The position numbers and the translations under genes were made by a program. The notes below the pieces were generated by a model. That model worked only from the letters and a program-made list of their open reading frames with translations, did no database searches and was not told where the DNA came from. From NCBI GenBank assembly GCA_964343575.1, contig CAYFJV010000002.1, positions 2,285 to 66,284 on the forward strand: a DNA stretch of 64,000 bases. The letters run 5' to 3'. The stretch is from an uncultured Methanosarcinales archaeon (GTDB taxonomy: Archaea; Nanobdellota; Nanobdellia; Woesearchaeales; GW2011-AR9). Positions 1 to 10,207 of this stretch are shown in pieces (the first letter of the stretch is position 1; every line of letters starts with the position of its first letter).

Positions 1-214
1 GTGAACTTACTGTTATTTTGGAGAAGGTGTTCACTAAAAAGTCCTTTGTTGGAAGATTAAATTTGTCAAAATCAGAGCTGAGCAGTCCTGTGCACTGAAT
101 AGGGTTTCCTATTTGGGGGTGTTCTTCATAGATATTTACTTGGTGCCCCTGCTTGGCAAGAAGGTAGCCAGCGTAGTTTCCAATCGGCCCCGCCCCAATG
201 ATTGCTATGTTCAT
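1..214 (-). CDS. geranylgeranyl reductase-family FAD-dependent oxidoreductase, N-terminal fragment (gene runs off window start)
   Basis: rc of 1-214 from ATG (rc of 212-214) reads MNIAIIGAGPIGNYAGYLLAKQGHQVNIYEEHPQIGNPIQCTGLLSSDF...; GxGxxG FAD/Rossmann motif typical of archaeal GGR; absent from ORF track because open at edge. Confidence 0.55.
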   Translation of the reverse strand, partial: MNIAIIGAGPIGNYAGYLLAKQGHQVNIYEEHPQIGNPIQCTGLLSSDFDKFNLPTKDFLVNTFSKITVSS

Positions 215-331
215 TGGAGAGGCATTGATTTTATCAGTTAAAAAAAGTTATGTAAGAAAAAGGGGGTATCTTCTTCATAAAGAAAAAAAGAAAAATTTTA
301 GAAGAAGATAAAAAAGAAAAAAGCAACTTAC

Positions 332-1636
332 TTAGTAGTAAGTTTCTTCTTCTTCATCTCTTCGTAATCTACTGAAACCGATGATTAAACCGATGATCAC
401 AAGTAATACTACTAAGATGATCAAAGCAAGTTCTAATCCGTTTCGTAGACTGAAGTCACCGTCTGCGATACTTCCGCCTTCGGTTGCTTGAACGTTTGCG
501 TTAAGGCTTACACTTTCAAGTACTTGTCCTTCATTGCTGATAACAAGACTAGCAGTGCTTAGGCCAGCAGCAGCGTCTTCTGCAACAGTAGCGTATGCGT
601 AAACAACTTCGGAAGCTCCTTCAGCTAGAACAACAACGCTGTCAGATAGGCTAGTTGTAGCCCAGTCGCCAGTGGTTAATTCTAGGGTAAAGGTTTCAGT
701 GTTAGTTCCTTCGTTACTCAAAACAACAGTGTAGACAGCTTGCTGTCCAGGTACTACGTTTTGGGTTTCAGGACCAACTGCGATAACTACTTTCTCAGCG
801 CTATCAGTGTGACAGAAGTCACCTTCAAGTACATCGATAGAGTAGGTCTCGGTGATGCTTTCAAAGTTATCGTATTCAACAGTTACGTCAACTGCGTAAG
901 TTCCAGGAAGAGCACAAGCAGGGATACCTAAGAAAAGTTCTTCGGTAGCTTCGTATGCAACTTGGTCATTATCTTGACGAGTTTCAACTTCCTCAATAAA
1001 GTCAGTTGCCTGGATGTTTAAAGCTGGAATAGCTACAGTAACTCTTACGTCTTCTTCATCGTTGTCACCATCGTTTTCAACAACAACAGTGGTAAGTAAG
1101 CTTCGTCCTGCCTGAACTTCAGTTCCAGGGGAGAAGTATACATCATCGATGGTTACAAGGTGACGGGAAGGTTCGATGCTAAGAGGATAGCTCACAGCAG
1201 CAAGGTCACCAACAGAGTCACGATCTTCTACGGTAATTTCTAAGGTGTATACCTGATCATCGTAGAATTTTCCAACTGGGATGGTCAAATCAACTTTTTT
1301 CACAGTCATAGGATCCATGTCAAAAGGAGTGGTTTGATCACGAGTGTCAATGTAGTCGCTGTACTCAAAGCCGTTCAATTCAGCTTCAACTTCAACATCA
1401 TACAAAGGAACGTCTCCAGATCGGATAGTTACTTCAATTTCAATTTCATCATCTTCAGATTCTTCAACGACAAAGGAGTCAACTCCAATATCTGAAAATC
1501 TAATACCATTAACTTCTACTTCTTCAATGGTTACCTGTCCTACTTGAGAATCAACAGGAGCAGTCGCAAAGACAGCAGAGGTCAAAAGTAACATAGTCAT
1601 GGCAAAAACAGCCATCAAATTTAGTACTTTTTTCAT
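332..1636 (-). CDS. acidic cell-surface protein: signal peptide, CARDB-like repeats (NDGDNDEEDV / SNEGTNTET), C-terminal TM anchor
   Basis: 434-aa ORF; N-term MKKVLNLMAVFAMTMLLLTSAVFA signal; C-term LALIILVVLLVIIGLIIGF + RRDEEEE tail; extremely D/E-rich, K-poor. Confidence 0.6.
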   Translation of the reverse strand: MKKVLNLMAVFAMTMLLLTSAVFATAPVDSQVGQVTIEEVEVNGIRFSDIGVDSFVVEESEDDEIEIEVTIRSGDVPLYDVEVEAELNGFEYSDYIDTRDQTTPFDMDPMTVKKVDLTIPVGKFYDDQVYTLEITVEDRDSVGDLAAVSYPLSIEPSRHLVTIDDVYFSPGTEVQAGRSLLTTVVVENDGDNDEEDVRVTVAIPALNIQATDFIEEVETRQDNDQVAYEATEELFLGIPACALPGTYAVDVTVEYDNFESITETYSIDVLEGDFCHTDSAEKVVIAVGPETQNVVPGQQAVYTVVLSNEGTNTETFTLELTTGDWATTSLSDSVVVLAEGASEVVYAYATVAEDAAAGLSTASLVISNEGQVLESVSLNANVQATEGGSIADGDFSLRNGLELALIILVVLLVIIGLIIGFSRLRRDEEEETYY

Positions 1637-1763
1637 TTTTTATCTTCCTCCAAAATCTCTCGTATTGAGTTTTGAATATCATTTCGCGCGAAATTGCGCA
1701 ATTTTTAGGTTTTTTGAAGCGGTTTCACGTCATATAAAACCACTTTTTACTCCAGAGTGACAA

Positions 1764-1785
1764 CCACTATTTAAATCTTGTGGTG
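1764..1785 (-). promoter_or_regulatory. BRE/TATA promoter (rc: CCACAAGATTTAAATAGTGG) for surface-protein gene 332..1636
   Basis: TTTAAATA box preceded by AAGA BRE-like; same 20-nt motif recurs at 8681-8703 and in shorter form at 54245-54261. Confidence 0.4.
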
Positions 1786-1858
1786 TTTTTTAGCATTTTT
1801 GAGTAGTTACACTTCCTTTTTTGGGAGGTGTTTCTAGCACGACAAAAACGCTAAAAAA

Positions 1859-4800
1859 TTAGTTCACCCAGAGGGTTCGGTAGGTGGTATGTTGGATGTC
1901 ATCTCCAGTCATGGTAATCTTTGCATCATAAATACCAGGATAGGTACCGTAAGGCATAGTCACCAAAACTCCTTGACTCTCACTTTCGCTGGAGTCTAGA
2001 TCAAACCCTTGACCCACATACCTGATTCCAAGGCTTGGGAAATCAACAGTGATTTGCAGATCATTAAGATCATTATCTCCATTGTTACTAATTCCAACTT
2101 CTAGCCAAGTTTGGCCACCTGCTGGAACCACTTCATCGGTGAAACGCACATTAGTGAACTTTATTTCTTCTCTGTACACACTCACAAAGAGGGTGTAGCT
2201 TTGAGAAGCGCTCAGATCACCGTCAGTCACACCAATAGTAATGTCAACAGTTACATCATCTCGAGGAGGTACCCAGGTGATTACCCCGGTATCTGGATCA
2301 ATTTCCATGTCGTATGGTCCCTCAATGATGTAGTACTCCAAATCGTCACCATCAAGATCTTCTGCATCTGCATCATAAACGTAAAGTTCTAGAGCAGTTG
2401 CGTCAGTTTCTGGTTCAGTAACGAAAAATGGCGGATTGTTGATTGCGCTTGGATCTTCTACAGTTATGGTGATTGTCTCCTCATCGGTGAAAGTTCCATC
2501 ACTTACAGTGAAGGTTACTTCATAATCTCCAATGTCAGCTAACTGAGTTAACCAATCAAAAGCCCCAAAACCAGTGCCAAGACCATCATCAACAAAAGTT
2601 GCTGCTGCAGGAAGAGTAAGTCCTTCCATGGTAATAGTAAGGAAGTCACCATCGATATCACTTGCAGTAACATCAAAGTTAAGTAAATCTTCTGCGGTTA
2701 CTACTTTATCTCCAATTGGGTCCAATACAGGAGGGTTAAAAGCAGCGCCCTGTTTTAAGACAGTAATACTTATTGTTTCTTCGTCTGTGAGCGCACCATC
2801 ACTTACAGTGAAGGTTGCTTCATAGATCCCTTCATCTCCGATGATTGTTTGCCAATTAAAATCTCCAGTTCCATCTGCTCCATCAACAAAAGTTGCTGCT
2901 GCAGGAAGGTCAGGAGTAGACATGGTTAAAGTTAAGAGATCTCCGTCAGCATCGCTTGCAGTGACAGTGAACTCAACAAGATCTTCCTCAAAGACAGTGA
3001 TGTCTCCGATTGGGTCAAGTACAGGAGCTGTGTTTGCAGCACTAAAGTCTTCCACAGTTAAGGTGAAAGTTTGTTCATCTTGCCCGCCGTAAGCATCAGA
3101 TACTTGTACAGTTACAACGTATTCTGGTCCAAGATCAAAAGCATCTAAAGGAACATCCCAAGTAATCTCCCCGGTTACCGGGTCGATTTCCATGTCAACA
3201 GGCCCATCTATGAGGCTGAATCTTAGTTCAGGAATATCTTCTGTATCAGGATCGGTCGCTTCAACATCATAATAATATCGAGTATCTTCAACAACATCAG
3301 TTACGGGAGTTGAAGTGATCTCTGGGTTTCTATTGACATCGTTTACAGTGATATCAAAAGTTTCAGTTACCACATCTCCACCATCAGTTGCTTCAAGTGT
3401 TAGAGTAAATGTTCTGTCAAGGTCAGGATGGATCACAAAGGTGTAGGCCGGCATGAGACTTAGCGTGAACGTTCCATCAAGGTTGTCAACAACTTCAATT
3501 GCATCTCCTGCACCAAGATCGATAAGATCATCAGTAATTCCACTTGCAACAAGAGGAGTTACAGTAAGCGGCTCTCCTTGAGGATCAGTAAGATCAAAAG
3601 TAATCTCTAAGAGTTCATTTTCATCAACTTCATGATCGGTGATTGGACCAAAAGTAGGATTATCACAAACATCTCCTTCACCATCACCATCAGCATCTTC
3701 TTGACCTGGATTTGGAATCAGTGGACAATTATCATCTGGATCAACGATTCCATCGCCATCAGTATCTTCACAAGCATCTCCAATTCCATCGCCGTCAGCG
3801 TCTTCTTGGTCAGGGTTAGGATGATCTGGACAATTGTCTTCGTTATCAGGAACCCCATCGCCATCACGATCAGAGAGCACAGTTAAGGTAATAATCTCGG
3901 TGACAACCGCACCATCTGCAGCAGTGAGTGTTCCAGATATTAGATATACGTTCCCTAACTCTGTTGCAGTGTATTGTACTTCTTGGATAGTGTAGCTATC
4001 TGCAAAAACAGTTGTTTCAGGATAACTAAAAGGCAAATTAAAAATTTGTAATCCACTTGCTTGTTCAGTATCAACAATCAAAAGGTCAGCTGCATCTTCA
4101 AAAGTTTCTCCTTCCCAAAAGAAAGGTGCAAGATCTCCTTCTACAATAGTTAAACTGTCTCCAACAAGAGTTACATAAGGGTGAGTTGGGAAGTCTGGTG
4201 AGGTGGTGTCCCAACCAAGGTTAAAAAATGGAGGAATATCACAAGCGTCTCCATCACCGTCTCCATCAGTGTCAGTTTGGTCAGGGTTTTCTACATCAGG
4301 ACAGTTATCATGATCGTCCGGGATCCCATCCCCATCACTGTCAACAAGAACAATGAGGTTGAGTACATCTCGAGTGTCAAGGAAAGTAGTATCAATAATG
4401 TGTCCTTCAATAAGATAACTTCCAGCAGCAACATATTCTGCATCCGTAAGGGTAAAAGTACCACTTCTAGTTGAGATGGCAGGAATATCTTCTAAAGATT
4501 CTAGCTCTGCTCCCAAACCAAAACCATCTTCTCTAATAGTGATAGTAAGATCCGCTTCGTTATCAAAAATTTGTGCATCCCAAAGGAACTGAGCATCTTG
4601 GCCTTCTGCAATGTAAAAGATATCTCCATCAAGCTCGTTCCAAGGCTCAGTTGGAAGAGATGCAGTGTTCCATTCAAGGTCAACAAGTGGCGCATCAGCT
4701 GGAGCAATTGCATCTTCATCAATGACAAGAATATTCCATGCTTGCTCGTCTGTTTCTCCATGAGGATTGTCTCTCACAGTAACAACAGGACTGTAATACC

Positions 4801-5473
4801 TTCCAAGGTCTGCTGGATCGTAAGATCCAAGTGGGATTTCAGGAGCGGTACCAGAAATTCGTACTTCGATTTCTCCAGGGCTTGAGAGAGTAGTTACTGA
4901 AGACAACCAATCTGGCTTGTCAGTAAACTCAAAAGTCATAAGGTCCCCGTCAGCATCTTCTGCTGTGAGAATGTACTCATAGTATTCTCCTTCTAGTACT
5001 TCTAACTCATAATCAGAAGAAGTAATTACTGGAGGTGTGTTTCCAGAAACAGGTTCTAAAACTTCTAAAGTGATAGTTTGTTCATCAACAGTAAAACCGT
5101 CGTCTTCAATTGCTCTTATAGTATAATCTCCTGCAGCAAGACCTAAAGCGTCTGGATCAACATCTAGTAAGAAGAATTGGTAATACAAAGACCCATGAAG
5201 ATAACCATCATGGTGAGCATAACAATCTCTTGAAGATTCATCAAGCCAGGTATGTACTGGGGTTCCGCTTGCATCAAGTAATTTTAGTTCGATATCAAAA
5301 GCAGAAGGATCATTACAATACACGACTGCTTCAGCAGTTACAGTGTCTCCCAAGGTTACTTCTCGGTGGGTTGTAGAGATGTCCCAGTCAAGATCAACGG
5401 CTAAAGCTGAAGGGAGTAATGTTAAAGTAAGTAAGAGTGCGAAAAAGATTGTTAGTTTTTTTGTCATTACCAT
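1859..5473 (-). CDS. giant secreted protein with thrombospondin type-3 Ca-binding repeats and Ig/cadherin-like domains
   Basis: 1204 aa; signal [25 protein letters not shown]; repeated DxDxDGxxDxxDNCP...NPDQxDxDGDGxGDACD blocks (TSP3); highly acidic. Confidence 0.65.
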   Translation of the reverse strand: MVMTKKLTIFFALLLTLTLLPSALAVDLDWDISTTHREVTLGDTVTAEAVVYCNDPSAFDIELKLLDASGTPVHTWLDESSRDCYAHHDGYLHGSLYYQFFLLDVDPDALGLAAGDYTIRAIEDDGFTVDEQTITLEVLEPVSGNTPPVITSSDYELEVLEGEYYEYILTAEDADGDLMTFEFTDKPDWLSSVTTLSSPGEIEVRISGTAPEIPLGSYDPADLGRYYSPVVTVRDNPHGETDEQAWNILVIDEDAIAPADAPLVDLEWNTASLPTEPWNELDGDIFYIAEGQDAQFLWDAQIFDNEADLTITIREDGFGLGAELESLEDIPAISTRSGTFTLTDAEYVAAGSYLIEGHIIDTTFLDTRDVLNLIVLVDSDGDGIPDDHDNCPDVENPDQTDTDGDGDGDACDIPPFFNLGWDTTSPDFPTHPYVTLVGDSLTIVEGDLAPFFWEGETFEDAADLLIVDTEQASGLQIFNLPFSYPETTVFADSYTIQEVQYTATELGNVYLISGTLTAADGAVVTEIITLTVLSDRDGDGVPDNEDNCPDHPNPDQEDADGDGIGDACEDTDGDGIVDPDDNCPLIPNPGQEDADGDGEGDVCDNPTFGPITDHEVDENELLEITFDLTDPQGEPLTVTPLVASGITDDLIDLGAGDAIEVVDNLDGTFTLSLMPAYTFVIHPDLDRTFTLTLEATDGGDVVTETFDITVNDVNRNPEITSTPVTDVVEDTRYYYDVEATDPDTEDIPELRFSLIDGPVDMEIDPVTGEITWDVPLDAFDLGPEYVVTVQVSDAYGGQDEQTFTLTVEDFSAANTAPVLDPIGDITVFEEDLVEFTVTASDADGDLLTLTMSTPDLPAAATFVDGADGTGDFNWQTIIGDEGIYEATFTVSDGALTDEETISITVLKQGAAFNPPVLDPIGDKVVTAEDLLNFDVTASDIDGDFLTITMEGLTLPAAATFVDDGLGTGFGAFDWLTQLADIGDYEVTFTVSDGTFTDEETITITVEDPSAINNPPFFVTEPETDATALELYVYDADAEDLDGDDLEYYIIEGPYDMEIDPDTGVITWVPPRDDVTVDITIGVTDGDLSASQSYTLFVSVYREEIKFTNVRFTDEVVPAGGQTWLEVGISNNGDNDLNDLQITVDFPSLGIRYVGQGFDLDSSESESQGVLVTMPYGTYPGIYDAKITMTGDDIQHTTYRTLWVN

Positions 5474-5501
5474 TTTCTTCTTAATTTAAGAACAGTTGTT
5501 C

Positions 5502-6734
5502 TTAAAATCGACCTCCTACTATAACGTTCAGTCCCCTTGGAGCAAGCCTTTGTTTTCCGTATCCAAGGGTTCCATCTAAGATTCCTCCTTCGAAGGCAGC
5601 AATAAGACTTACATGTCTACCAAGCTGAGCTTGAAGGCCAAGGTAACCCGTCCCGATAGTGAAAGCTTGTTGGTAGGAATCACTAGCAGTAACTTCTGGA
5701 TCCAAGTCTCTTGTCCTTGGTGGTTCAGATACTGCATCTGGACAGTATTTGCTTCTTAATTCTGATGGACTTAAGTTAAGATCAGCTGTAGCGATGTGGT
5801 CTGCGTCAACTGAACAAGCAGTGTCCACATCTGTTTGTGTGGTGGACTCTGTTGTTGTGGTTGTTGCATTCCCGCCATGAAGGTATCTTAGATTAGCTCC
5901 TGCGATAACTCTAAATGGCCCAAAGCGAGGAGATTGAGCCTCAAGAGAAAGATGTCCCCCACCAAAGCCTTTTCTTGCTGAACCGTCTTGAAATAGGGTA
6001 CTTTCAAGATCGGTTAATGTATCTGCGATTAAATAATCACCAAGGACTGGTTCATAAGTAATTGACTCTGCACTGACAAAAGTACTAGAACTGCCAGGAA
6101 AGCTGGAAGCAAGAGGGAAGGTGTTCCTATTTCCATAGGCTCCGCCGATGGCAGGGACTAATCTCCAATCTTTTGGAAGTCTAATTATTGGTGCCCACTG
6201 CGCACTAAGAATGTGTAATGGTCCGCCATCTGCTTGGCCAAGAGCTAAATGTGAGTAAGCTACTCTTACCGATTTTGGATTCCAAGAAACTCCTTGTTTT
6301 GGTGGAGCAACAGTAACACAGACTTGGTCATCAGTTGCAGGGTCTCCTGATTTGCGATCAAAAGAATCTGGATTAGCGTTGTAAGCTGAAGAGTCAAGTG
6401 CAAAACCAGTTGCACATTCAAGACCCCCTTCTGATTCTGGAAACTTGTAACAAGTTGTACTAGGAACCCTACTTCTCCGGTTTGCTTCACAAAAAGGTCC
6501 AGGAACAATTTCGGATCCATCTATAGCTGAGGCTGCGTCCGGGGTTGAACAAATATATTTCATGGTGTCATCAAAAGATCCAGGAGCATGTCTTTCGTGT
6601 GCTCTTTCGATCCCACAAGTATTTGGCATAGTTGCTGGAACAGCGTGTGCAGGTGTTGCAGTAGAAATTCCTCCTAAAGTAAGGAGTGCAACCCCAATTT
6701 TTCTTCCATTATTTAATATTGTTTCAAGAGTCAT
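5502..6734 (-). CDS. Cys-rich secreted protein with beta-barrel OMP-like C-terminus ending ...GGRF; compositionally atypical
   Basis: ORF 5502..6788 begins at a non-ATG codon; ATG at rc 6732-6734 (MTLETIL...) has GGTGA 5 nt upstream and gives a signal peptide; Arg/Gly/Ala/Pro-rich, K-poor, visibly GC-richer. Confidence 0.5.
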   Translation of the reverse strand: MTLETILNNGRKIGVALLTLGGISTATPAHAVPATMPNTCGIERAHERHAPGSFDDTMKYICSTPDAASAIDGSEIVPGPFCEANRRSRVPSTTCYKFPESEGGLECATGFALDSSAYNANPDSFDRKSGDPATDDQVCVTVAPPKQGVSWNPKSVRVAYSHLALGQADGGPLHILSAQWAPIIRLPKDWRLVPAIGGAYGNRNTFPLASSFPGSSSTFVSAESITYEPVLGDYLIADTLTDLESTLFQDGSARKGFGGGHLSLEAQSPRFGPFRVIAGANLRYLHGGNATTTTTESTTQTDVDTACSVDADHIATADLNLSPSELRSKYCPDAVSEPPRTRDLDPEVTASDSYQQAFTIGTGYLGLQAQLGRHVSLIAAFEGGILDGTLGYGKQRLAPRGLNVIVGGRF

Positions 6735-6739
6735 TTTTA

Positions 6740-7567
6740 TCACCATGATGTTGGTAGTCTTCGGGTAGCGGCATCGTCTACGACCCAACCGTAATCAAAT
6801 TCATTTATACCTAAGTTTTTCAAGTTAGTTTTAACAACTGTTCTGATCGCACTTCTCCCACCTTCATCTCCTTGGTAAGTTTCCATGATTAATCTAAGAA
6901 GGCCATCCTCTACGATAGGAAAATACTCTCCATCAGCAATACAAGAAACCGCAGCATCAACTACTAAAGAAGCCTGTTGTTTTCCTCTTGTAAGCATAAG
7001 CCTTGTCGCGTAATCCTCTAATCTACAACTATCTTGAGGATTAACTTCGATACAAGTTGTGTCCCTTCGTAATTCACAAAGTCCAGGGAGTTCGTCTTGT
7101 ACAATACCCATAGCTTTGTACCTTCCTTTCATCTCTGGAGTAACGCAAGCATAAGCACCAGTGTGTCCTAAACCAGCCATAAGATCTGGATTTTCACAAG
7201 TGTTTTCTGTTGGTCCTGTGTAAGGAGTAGGTGCAGTTGAACCAGTATCTGGACAGTCACTTCTTTTGATGTAACCAGCAGGAACTTCGTTAGTTGTTGT
7301 GTGAGTAGAAGGATATTCGGCAGCGCAAGTTGATTCTAAATTAGATCTTGGCACGTAGTCTGCGCCAGGTTCAGGACATTGGTCAGGCGAAATATATCCT
7401 TGGCTTGCTGGGTCTGGACAAGGAACTGGATCCACCACAACAGGAGTTGGGGCGGGATCATCTGCGCCGAGAGGTTGGTCTGGAACTCCTGCATAAACCA
7501 AAGGGCTTGCAACTAATCCTAAAAGAGCCAGTGGCTTTACAACATAATTTGTGATTGCATTTCTCAT
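6740..7567 (-). CDS. Cys-rich secreted protein (signal peptide, Pro/Thr-rich, about 15 Cys)
   Basis: 275 aa; MRNAITNYVVKPLALLGLVASPLVYAGVP signal; atypical composition. Confidence 0.5.
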   Translation of the reverse strand: MRNAITNYVVKPLALLGLVASPLVYAGVPDQPLGADDPAPTPVVVDPVPCPDPASQGYISPDQCPEPGADYVPRSNLESTCAAEYPSTHTTTNEVPAGYIKRSDCPDTGSTAPTPYTGPTENTCENPDLMAGLGHTGAYACVTPEMKGRYKAMGIVQDELPGLCELRRDTTCIEVNPQDSCRLEDYATRLMLTRGKQQASLVVDAAVSCIADGEYFPIVEDGLLRLIMETYQGDEGGRSAIRTVVKTNLKNLGINEFDYGWVVDDAATRRLPTSW

Positions 7568-8640
7568 TCTTCCTTCTCCTCTAAAACCCTAGCTACTAAA
7601 TCATCTCTGAGATCATAACAGGTTGCAGATCCTTGAAGTGAACTATACTCCCCGGCACTGATTTTCCAAGCGCCAGTTGCTGTTGCAAGTTCTATTTTCC
7701 TAACTGCTGCTGCTTTATCAAAAGATCTACCGGCCCCAACCATAACTAGATTAACTAAAGATTCATTATTTGCTGTTCGAAGCCTCCAATCTCCAGTGGA
7801 AGCATCTTGAGTTCCACGCTCAACAGTTAAACAGTCAAGAAAAGTAGCAACTTCATCTCCTTCTGCAGCCATAAGCAAAACTCCTGGTGTGCTAACTGCA
7901 TCTAATTCCAAATATTCCTGATGAAGCCCCACATACCGCCCCTTATAGTCTTCAGCAAGCTCTTTGTGTTCTTGACCTGCAGCCAGAGCTCCAGCAAAAG
8001 TGCTTTCATCAGCTCGCGCTGAGACCGGAACTGGTGCTTGTGGGCTGATTGTCACGTTTGATGGTGAGAGCATGTGGTTTAATACGTACCCGGCACCAAA
8101 AGCAACTATCCCAACAGCCGCTGCAAGGAAACGGGAAGTGACTACTCTTTCGCGAGCTTCTCTTTCCTGTTTTACTTTTCTTTTCCCAAGCATTTCGTTA
8201 AATTTTCCATGGGCGTAGGACCCAGAACGACCAGTAGACAAAAGGGATTCAAATGTAAAAGTAGGTTTGGTGTCTCCATCATCTGCAGGATCTGGGGCGG
8301 CAACCTTATCGTACTCGGGCCTAATTTGTTCTCGAACGTAAGAGAAAACCGTTGCAGCGCCAAAGCCTTCTCTAAAGAAATTATCCATAGCCCCATATCC
8401 TAGAACACGAGCAGCAAAATCGGGAGGGTTCCTTGAGATTAGTTTTTTAAGCCCCCCTTCAATAACAATGTAGTTTACCTCTCCATCTCGAAATTCTTCT
8501 CCATGAGAAATTGCTGCAGCGAGGTAACCAGAAACTCTTTGAAGACGCTCTTCTGGGAGAAGTGCATAAAACTCTTCTCTTTGTTCGTCATCTAGCTCTC
8601 CAACAGCAGTTCTCAAAACATCGTAAACATCTAATGCCAT
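7564..8640 (-). CDS. bitopic membrane protein (N-term cytoplasmic, one TM, C-term outside), unknown function
   Basis: 358 aa; central TM FLAAAVGIVAFGAGYVLNHML; 4-nt ATGA overlap with downstream gene; same atypical composition. Confidence 0.5.
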   Translation of the reverse strand: MALDVYDVLRTAVGELDDEQREEFYALLPEERLQRVSGYLAAAISHGEEFRDGEVNYIVIEGGLKKLISRNPPDFAARVLGYGAMDNFFREGFGAATVFSYVREQIRPEYDKVAAPDPADDGDTKPTFTFESLLSTGRSGSYAHGKFNEMLGKRKVKQEREARERVVTSRFLAAAVGIVAFGAGYVLNHMLSPSNVTISPQAPVPVSARADESTFAGALAAGQEHKELAEDYKGRYVGLHQEYLELDAVSTPGVLLMAAEGDEVATFLDCLTVERGTQDASTGDWRLRTANNESLVNLVMVGAGRSFDKAAAVRKIELATATGAWKISAGEYSSLQGSATCYDLRDDLVARVLEEKEE

Positions 8641-8680
8641 ATAATTAGTCTCCTGAAATTAATACCACTCCCCAGTAGGG

Positions 8681-8703
8681 CCCACTTTATAAATCTTGTG
8701 GTT
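8681..8703 (-). promoter_or_regulatory. BRE/TATA promoter (rc: AACCACAAGATTTATAAAGTGGG) about 45 nt upstream of 7564..8640
   Basis: TTTATAAA with AAGA BRE; 19/20 identity to motif at 1764-1785. Confidence 0.45.
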
Positions 8704-8792
8704 TTAATCCCGTCAAAGTAGTAACAAAAACAGATTATACTCTCTTTCTTGTCATTTTGTTTTTAAATAACTTCATAGAAATAACTGTTTTT

Positions 8793-9965
8793 CTAGAAAA
8801 GTCCAGCAAATTGGTAGAATATTCCAAACAAAAAAATAGCTATTATGAGAAATCCAAGATAACGGGGACAAGAAACTTCAAACTCGGGTTTTCGCTCCCC
8901 ATGCTTTTTAGCGTTCCAGTAGGCAAGGATGATAAGTGTCCCATCAAGGCCCCCAGCAAGCGCGCCTGTTATCCCAAGCACTGCAATAAAGGTGCTGACA
9001 TCCAACAAAGCAAAGGCAAGCGGAGGAAGCAAAGTAAGTGCAAAGGAATTTAGTTTTGAAAAATGAAAATCGTAGTGATACATCTCCACCAAACCAAGAC
9101 CAAGGGCCAAAAAGGAAGTGAACATTGCAAAGATGGCAAAGAGATTTGCAAAAAGACCAAGGATTGGGTGGCTATAAAAACTCAAGGCGACAGTTGCAAT
9201 TCTTTGGTTTGGCTCAAGCAACTCAAAGTTGTTCAAACCAATTAAACCAATAATAGCGAAGGAAAAAAGGATGTACACAAAAATAGGAATCAAACTTCCA
9301 ATGATGATTGCTTTTTTGAAAAGTTTCTTTTTCTTGCCAAGTACTTCGTGCATTTCAGGGATTGCTGCAGAACTAATAAAAGCAAAAATAATCACACCAA
9401 GTGGAAACAAAAAGTTTTCTGGATGAAAGGTAGTTAAATAGCTAAGATCTAATTTTGGCAAAGATACCAAAGTGATAACAACTACAACCAAAAACATAGC
9501 AATGATAACATACAATTCTGCCTTACCAACAGACTTCATTCCTTTCCACATAATGGCAACACAAAGGAAGAAAAAAATGAGCATAAAAGCAGTTTGGGAG
9601 AGAGGAATAAAGGAAGAGAGAAGGGTGTGTAAGATTTGTCCTTCACCAATAAGGTAAGCTAAAAGCGCACCATATATCCCGATGAGCATGGAGATGGCCA
9701 TGAGCACTTTTCCAGTCTCTCCAAGATACTTCTCCATGTAACCACTCAGTTGATGTTTTCCTTTGGTTCGCAGAGTAATCTCCCCCATAAACAAATTGAG
9801 TGCTAAGAAAACAAGGCCAATAGTAATGATGATAATGCTGCCAATAAAAAAACCAGCTTTTGCTACAACATAAGGTATTCCTAAAATTCCTGCACCAATA
9901 ACAACACCAACAAGTGTTGCTACCGCCATCCAAAGTTTTGCTTCAGCTAAAGAACTCTTTGCCAC
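8793..9965 (-). CDS. amino-acid permease-like transporter (APC/aromatic amino acid permease family), about 11 TM
   Basis: 390 aa polytopic membrane protein; N-term GAGILGIPYVVAKAGF typical of amino-acid transporters. Confidence 0.55.
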   Translation of the reverse strand: MAKSSLAEAKLWMAVATLVGVVIGAGILGIPYVVAKAGFFIGSIIIITIGLVFLALNLFMGEITLRTKGKHQLSGYMEKYLGETGKVLMAISMLIGIYGALLAYLIGEGQILHTLLSSFIPLSQTAFMLIFFFLCVAIMWKGMKSVGKAELYVIIAMFLVVVVITLVSLPKLDLSYLTTFHPENFLFPLGVIIFAFISSAAIPEMHEVLGKKKKLFKKAIIIGSLIPIFVYILFSFAIIGLIGLNNFELLEPNQRIATVALSFYSHPILGLFANLFAIFAMFTSFLALGLGLVEMYHYDFHFSKLNSFALTLLPPLAFALLDVSTFIAVLGITGALAGGLDGTLIILAYWNAKKHGERKPEFEVSCPRYLGFLIIAIFLFGIFYQFAGLF

Positions 9966-10060
9966 ATTATCACATCTCTTTGTTGAAAAGAAAGTTAGAG
10001 GGTTTATATTGCTTGCGTTTTCAAGAGAATAAAGTTAACAGAGTTAAGAAGAGAGAAGAA

Positions 10061-10090
10061 AAATGGTGGGGACGTTCAGTTCCGGGAACC
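10061..10090 (-). repeat. degenerate copy of tRNA 3' end (acceptor 3' strand + T-arm-like hairpin + ACCA)
   Basis: aaatggtggggacgtt identical to 10204-10219 (3' end of the adjacent tRNA); followed by ttccgggaacc in place of the T-arm. Confidence 0.5.
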
Positions 10091-10143
10091 AAATTTTTTA
10101 GAAAAATTTGATTAAAACAGAGCTGCGCTAAGGATTAAAGCAT

Positions 10144-10162
10144 GGACGTTGGGATCCGGAAC
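10144..10162 (-). repeat. second degenerate tRNA 3'-end fragment
   Basis: ggacgttgggat identical to the tRNA T-arm/acceptor junction, then ccggaac as in the 10061-10090 copy. Confidence 0.4.
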
Positions 10163-10207
10163 AAACCTTTTTGTAAAAAGCTTTACCAAAAACACCAAGA
10201 GAGAAAT

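Noticed and set aside
2111-4885. Several 60-104-aa ORFs (2111..2392, 2574..2825, 2841..3092, 3632..3886, 4277..4474, 4501..4761, 4571..4885) inside or antisense to the 1204-aa surface-protein gene
   Set aside because: They fall in alternative frames of a long, well-supported CDS and are low-complexity (S/T/V/I-rich mirror translations of the acidic repeats); there is no independent signal.
5523-5540. 9-mer ACGTTCAGT shared with the tRNA-fragment repeat at 10072-10080, considered as a distal att site for an element spanning 5.5-10.2 kb
   Set aside because: A 9-nt match is expected by chance in 64 kb and the surrounding bases do not match the tRNA 3' end.
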